Of a DNA stretch of 47,736 nt, positions 43,195-47,736 are shown one piece after another (the first letter of the stretch is position 1; each line of letters starts with the position of its first letter). The DNA comes from a virus. Taxonomy: Duplodnaviria; Heunggongvirae; Uroviricota; Caudoviricetes. The stretch lies in IMG/VR virus record IMGVR_UViG_2778261460_000004; one strand, 5' to 3'. Position numbers and translations under genes: made by a program. The notes beneath the pieces were generated by a model. The model saw only the letters and a program-made list of their open reading frames with translations. It was not told where the DNA came from and did no database searches.

Positions 43195-45660
43195 ATGGCA
43201 GTACGGATTTCAGGTGTACTGAAAGATGGCGCAGGTAAGCCGATACAAAACTGCACCATTCAGCTAAAGGCCAGGCGCAACAGCACCACGGTGGTGGTGA
43301 ACACAGTGGCCTCAGAAAACCCGGATGAAGCCGGGCGTTACAGCATGGACGTTGAGTACGGTCAGTACAGCGTTATTCTGTTGGTGGAAGGATTCCCGCC
43401 GTCACATGCCGGGATCATCACCGTGTATGAAGATTCCCAACCCGGTACGCTGAATGATTTTCTCGGTGCCATGACGGAGGATGATGCCCGTCCTGAGGCA
43501 CTGCGCCGTTTTGAACTGATGGTGGAAGAGGTGGCGCGTAACGCGTCCGCAGTGGCACAGAACACGGCAGCCGCGAAGAAGTCAGCCAGCGATGCCAGCA
43601 CATCAGCCCGTGAGGCGGCAACCCATGCGACTGATGCTGCAGACTCAGCACGCGCAGCCAGAACGTCAGCCGGACAGGCCGCGACGTCGGCTCAGGAGGC
43701 TTTTTCCAGCGCAGGAACGGCATCAGCAAAGGCCACTGAAGCATCAAAAAGTGCTGCCGCAGCAGAGTCCTCAAAAAGCGCGGCGGCCACCAGTGCCGGT
43801 GCCGCGAAAACGTCAGAAACGAATGCTGCAGCGTCACAACAATCAGCAGCCACTTCTGCATCCACCGCGACTACGAAAGCGACAGAAGCTGCCACCTCAG
43901 CCCGGGATGCGTCGGCTTCAAAAGAGGCGGCAAAATCATCAGAAACGAACGCATCCTCGAGCGCCAGTAGTGCAGCCTCCTCGGCAACGGCGGCAGGAAA
44001 TTCCGCGAAGGCTGCAAAAACGTCCGAGACGAACGCTAAGTCTTCTGAAACGGCAGCGGAACAGAGTGCCTCCGCAGCAGCAGACTCAAAAACAGCGGCT
44101 GCATCATCTGCCAGTGCCGCGTCAACAAGTGCCGCGCAGGCATCAGCCAGTGCCACCGCCGCCGGAAAATCGGCAGAAAGTGCTGCATCATCCGCTTCAA
44201 CAGCCACAACGAATGCTGGCGAAGCCACTGAGCAGGCCACGGCAGCAGCGAGGTCTGCTTCCGCAGCGAAGACATCCGAGACGAACGCGAAAGCGTCGGA
44301 AACCCGTGCAGAATCCTCAAAAACGGCAGCGGCATCGTCCGCCAGTTCGGCGGCGTCATCGGCATCATCGGCATCTGCTTCAAAAGATGAGGCGACCAGA
44401 CAGGCGTCAGCAGCGAAGGGCAGCGCCACGACGGCATCCACGAAGGCGACAGAGGCAGCTGGCAGTGCGACAACTGCATCCCGGAGTAAAAGTGCGGCTG
44501 AATCAGCTGCAACCCGCGCGGAAGCTGCGGCTACACGGGCAGAGGATATAGCCTCTGCTGTGGCTCTTGAAGATGCGAGCACGACAAAAAAGGGAGTTGT
44601 AAAGCTCAGTAATAGTACTGACAGCACGTCACAAACAGAGGCAGCAACACCCCTGGCCGTCAAAAACGTAATGGATGCACTGAATGAAGTTTCATCTGCC
44701 ATTGGGGATGATCCGCAATTTGCGACAACAGTAATGAATGCGCTGGCAGGAAAGCAACCATTAAACGACATACTGTCATCATTGGCCGCCCTGGTTACAA
44801 CCGGGAACAAACTGGCCTATTTCAGCAGTAAAAATGTCATGTCGCTGGCGGATTTTTCAGCAACTGGTCGTTCGCTGATTAGCTGCGGTACAGAGTAAGA
44901 GGTTCTGGATTATCTGGGAATAAAAAGCACCGCCACACTGGAGGTACAGAAAGATATTTTCGACCGGGCTGATGGTGTACTGGCTTTGCCTGGTGCATTC
45001 GGATTTGGGGCATTAACTTCTGTGACGCAGTATTTTAGTGCCGGTAATGGGCCGTCAGAGTTTGCAGCCTGGTGTGTGCAGACCCCCCCTGGGCGGTATC
45101 GTGTGGAACAACGTTCAGGTTCGGATATTAATCCCATTATCCCGGATATTGTTTTTACCGGAATACTGGAAATCAAAGTCCCGGACAGAGTATCCGACCC
45201 GGATGATCATAAGAGAAAAGGAAAGCTGCTGACCTTTTACGGTCAGTATGGCGATGTGTATAAGACCATGCTTAAGCCAGGTTCTACCACCCCATCACTG
45301 GAAACCTGGAAGAATGGTTATATGAACAAAAGCGGACTTGCCGGGTTGCTAGGAAATGATACTGCTGAACCAGAAACTGGCAGTCTTATTCTGGCGGCGT
45401 ATTACGGGACATCAGACAGTGATAACAGTAGAACACTGCAGAGAGGAGCAATTTATCCGGGATCACGACTGGCACACGTAGAGTTGGCAGCTGATGCGGC
45501 CATCGGTGCAGGTGTTAAAGGTACTGCTCCTGTCTGCTATGTGCGAGGGTTATCATTTTCACACTCGCTACCGGGAGCATACAGATCGCTATCTGGCTCA
45601 CAAGGGGCGAGAGTTGACAGCAGCAAGGCTATTGTTGGAATGTTTGTCCGTATCGGGTGA
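43195..45660 (+). pseudogene. stf: Side tail fibre gene stf interrupted by an in-frame TAA (44896-44898); N-terminal ORF 43195-44898 (567 aa), C-terminal remainder 44899-45660 open in the same frame
   Basis: No other stop codon in frame for 254 codons after the TAA; downstream part lacks an ATG/SD (track start is TTG); N-terminal part is an Ala/Ser/Thr-rich repeat shaft. Confidence 0.6.
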
Positions 45661-45666
45661 TAGAAG

Positions 45667-46233
45667 ATGAAAATAAAAGATATAAAAAACCCTCAAAGTC
45701 TGGAAAGTGGGGCGATAGATTGTGAGGTATTATTTTTCAGCATGGACGAATATTTGCCTTATACAGCGACACAGGAAGACACAACCAGGACTGGCCGGCA
45801 AATCTGGCAGGAACTGCAAAGCGGCAAATGGGGCAAAATCGCCCCGTTCACCATCACGCCGGAACTTATTACGGCAGCGAAGGATGCCAAAAAGCGGGAA
45901 ATCGAGGCCTGGCGTGCAGAACAGGAGGCGAAGCCGTTCACGTTCGAATGGAACGGTCGCACCTGGAACGGTGGCCCCGACTCGATGGCGCGATTGTATC
46001 CGGCGGTGATGGCATCGAAGTCTGATACAGCACGTGACGTTACGGTGTGGGGCGATGCTGATAATCAGCAGGTGAAACTGTCGATGCCGGAACTGGAAGA
46101 GCTGGCGGCAGCAATGGCGCTGACACAGGTCGAGCGCAATGACGAGATTTATCGTCGTCAGCGTGAGATGAAGGAAGAACTGAATAATCTTGATGATTTA
46201 CGCTCAATCCGAGCGTTTGACGTTACGCAATAA
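45667..46233 (+). CDS. tfa: Tail fibre assembly protein Tfa
   Basis: 188 aa; typical Tfa position and size immediately after stf. Confidence 0.8.
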   Translation: MKIKDIKNPQSLESGAIDCEVLFFSMDEYLPYTATQEDTTRTGRQIWQELQSGKWGKIAPFTITPELITAAKDAKKREIEAWRAEQEAKPFTFEWNGRTWNGGPDSMARLYPAVMASKSDTARDVTVWGDADNQQVKLSMPELEELAAAMALTQVERNDEIYRRQREMKEELNNLDDLRSIRAFDVTQ

Positions 46234-46452
46234 AAAAACACTGATATGCCAGCCCCTTGTAAAAATATTGAACAGGGACGCTTTGAGATGAATTGGATTT
46301 ACATGGGGCACCTTGGGGCATATATGGGACATAAAAAGGCCTCAGACAAACAGCAAAATCGAGTTCAGGAGTTTTTAGAAAAAATACAACCATCTGAAAA
46401 AACTTAGAAAACGACCAAAAATCCACAGGATGGCAAAAAATATCTATGAATT

Positions 46453-47736
46453 ATGGATTTCCAGTTATATTCGCTCGGCGCAGCGTTAGTGTTTCATGAA
46501 ATATTTTTTCCTGAATCATCAACGGCAATGGCGTTAATTTTGGCAATGGGAACCTACGGTGCAGGTTATGTGGCGCGTATTGTCGGAGCATTTATTTTCG
46601 GCAAAATGGGCGACAGAATAGGGCGTAAAAAAGTGCTCTTTATTACCATCACCATGATGGGGATCTGTACCACCTTAATTGGTGTGTTACCGACCTATGC
46701 ACAGATTGGTGTTTTTGCCCCCATCTTGCTGGTGACGCTGCGTATTATTCAGGGGTTGGGTGCAGGTGCGGAAATTTCCGGTGCCGGTACGATGCTGGCG
46801 GAATATGCACCAAAAGGTAAGCGCGGAATTATCTCCTCATTTGTAGCTATGGGAACTAACTGCGGAACCTTGAGCGCAACGGCAATCTGGGCCTTTATGT
46901 TCTTCATTCTCAGTAAAGAGGAACTGCTGGCGTGGGGATGGCGTATACCGTTCCTGGCGAGCGTTGTCGTGATGGTCTTTGCTATCTGGTTACGTATGAA
47001 TCTGAAAGAAAGCCCGGTCTTTGAGAAGGTTAATGACAGCAACCAACCCACAGCAAAACCTGCACCTGCTGGTAGCATGTTCCAGAGCAAATCCTTCTGG
47101 CTGGCAACAGGGCTGCGTTTTGGTCAGGCGGGTAACTCCGGGTTAATTCAGACTTTCCTTGCAGGCTATTTAGTGCAGACGTTATTGTTTAACAAAGCAA
47201 TTCCAACAGATGCATTGATGATTAGTTCGATTCTCGGCTTTATGACCATTCCGTTCCTTGGTTGGTTATCCGATAAAATTGGTCGCCGGATCCCGTATAT
47301 TATTATGAATACCTCCGCGATTGTGCTGGCATGGCCAATGCTTTCTATCATTGTAGATAAAAGCTATGCCCCGAGCACCATTATGGTTGCACTGATTGTG
47401 ATTCATAACTGTGCGGTGCTGGGATTATTTGCTCTGGAAAACATTACCATGGCAGAAATGTTCGGCTGTAAAAACCGCTTTACCCGGATGGCTATTTCTA
47501 AAGAAATTGGTGGTCTTATCGCTTCCGGTTTTGGTCCTATCCTGGCGGGTATTTTCTGCACCATGACGGAATCCTGGTATCCGATCGCCATTATGATCAT
47601 GGCATATTCAGTGATTGGTTTAATCTCTGCGCTGAAAATGCCAGAGGTGAAAGACCGTGATTTAAGTGCGCTGGAAGACGCTGCGGAAGATCAACCGCGT
47701 GTTGTAAGAGCTGCGCAACCTTCCAGAAGTCTGTAA
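46453..47736 (+). CDS. ydfJ: MFS transporter YdfJ (metabolite:H+ symporter family), 5'-truncated by prophage insertion
   Basis: 427 aa with GKMGDRIGRKK loop motif; begins inside the first TM helices of a normal MFS protein; matches recalled K-12 YdfJ, which is annotated as interrupted by Qin. Confidence 0.8.
   Translation: MDFQLYSLGAALVFHEIFFPESSTAMALILAMGTYGAGYVARIVGAFIFGKMGDRIGRKKVLFITITMMGICTTLIGVLPTYAQIGVFAPILLVTLRIIQGLGAGAEISGAGTMLAEYAPKGKRGIISSFVAMGTNCGTLSATAIWAFMFFILSKEELLAWGWRIPFLASVVVMVFAIWLRMNLKESPVFEKVNDSNQPTAKPAPAGSMFQSKSFWLATGLRFGQAGNSGLIQTFLAGYLVQTLLFNKAIPTDALMISSILGFMTIPFLGWLSDKIGRRIPYIIMNTSAIVLAWPMLSIIVDKSYAPSTIMVALIVIHNCAVLGLFALENITMAEMFGCKNRFTRMAISKEIGGLIASGFGPILAGIFCTMTESWYPIAIMIMAYSVIGLISALKMPEVKDRDLSALEDAAEDQPRVVRAAQPSRSL

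Noticed and set aside
43692-44810. 372-aa minus-strand ORF, and 319-aa plus-strand alternate-frame ORF (43592-44551), inside stf
   Set aside because: Both lie wholly within the Ala/Ser/Thr-rich repeat region of the tail fibre gene; GC-rich repetitive sequence generates long stop-free shadow frames (poly-Ala or Arg/Pro/Gln-rich products). No independent start signals.
46223-46426. 67-aa minus-strand ORF in the tfa-ydfJ intergenic region
   Set aside because: Lies in the presumed attR junction; hydrophobic low-complexity translation with no RBS; more likely non-coding junction sequence.

Overview
The window is almost entirely one near-complete lambdoid prophage (about 1-46450), followed by the truncated host MFS transporter gene ydfJ (46453-47736), so the element sits at the E. 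coli Qin integration site. It is a mosaic. The minus-strand left arm holds integrase, excisionase, a large DEDDh exonuclease and a Qin-type dicB operon (ydfA, an unknown 124-aa gene, DicF sRNA, dicB, ydfD). The immunity region has a DicA/RacR-family repressor with divergent Cro/YdaS-like and YdaT-like genes and recognisable operator repeats. Next comes an O-like replication initiator with iteron clusters inside the gene. A roughly 6-kb cargo island (9.0-15.3 kb) carries a BCCT betaine/choline-type transporter, a DUF2254 membrane protein, a small secreted protein, an AT-rich HExxH metallopeptidase-like protein and a tiny hydrophobic peptide. Downstream are hokD, rem-like, ydfU (DUF968), rusA, antiterminator Q with its terminator, an orphan DNA methyltransferase, four tRNA genes, a phage-21/Qin-type lysis cassette (pinholin, ydfR-like, SAR endolysin, Rz/Rz1), a lambda cos site and a lambda-like head and tail module (Nu1 to J, lom, stf, tfa). 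Most candidates for something new are in accessory slots: the HExxH/secreted-protein island, the unknown genes in the dicB operon, a small antisense gene nested in the lysis cassette, and an AT-rich ORF before cos. I could not match any of them to a known defence system from sequence alone. All identifications are from reading the translations and DNA; no searches were run, and family names given from memory are marked as such.
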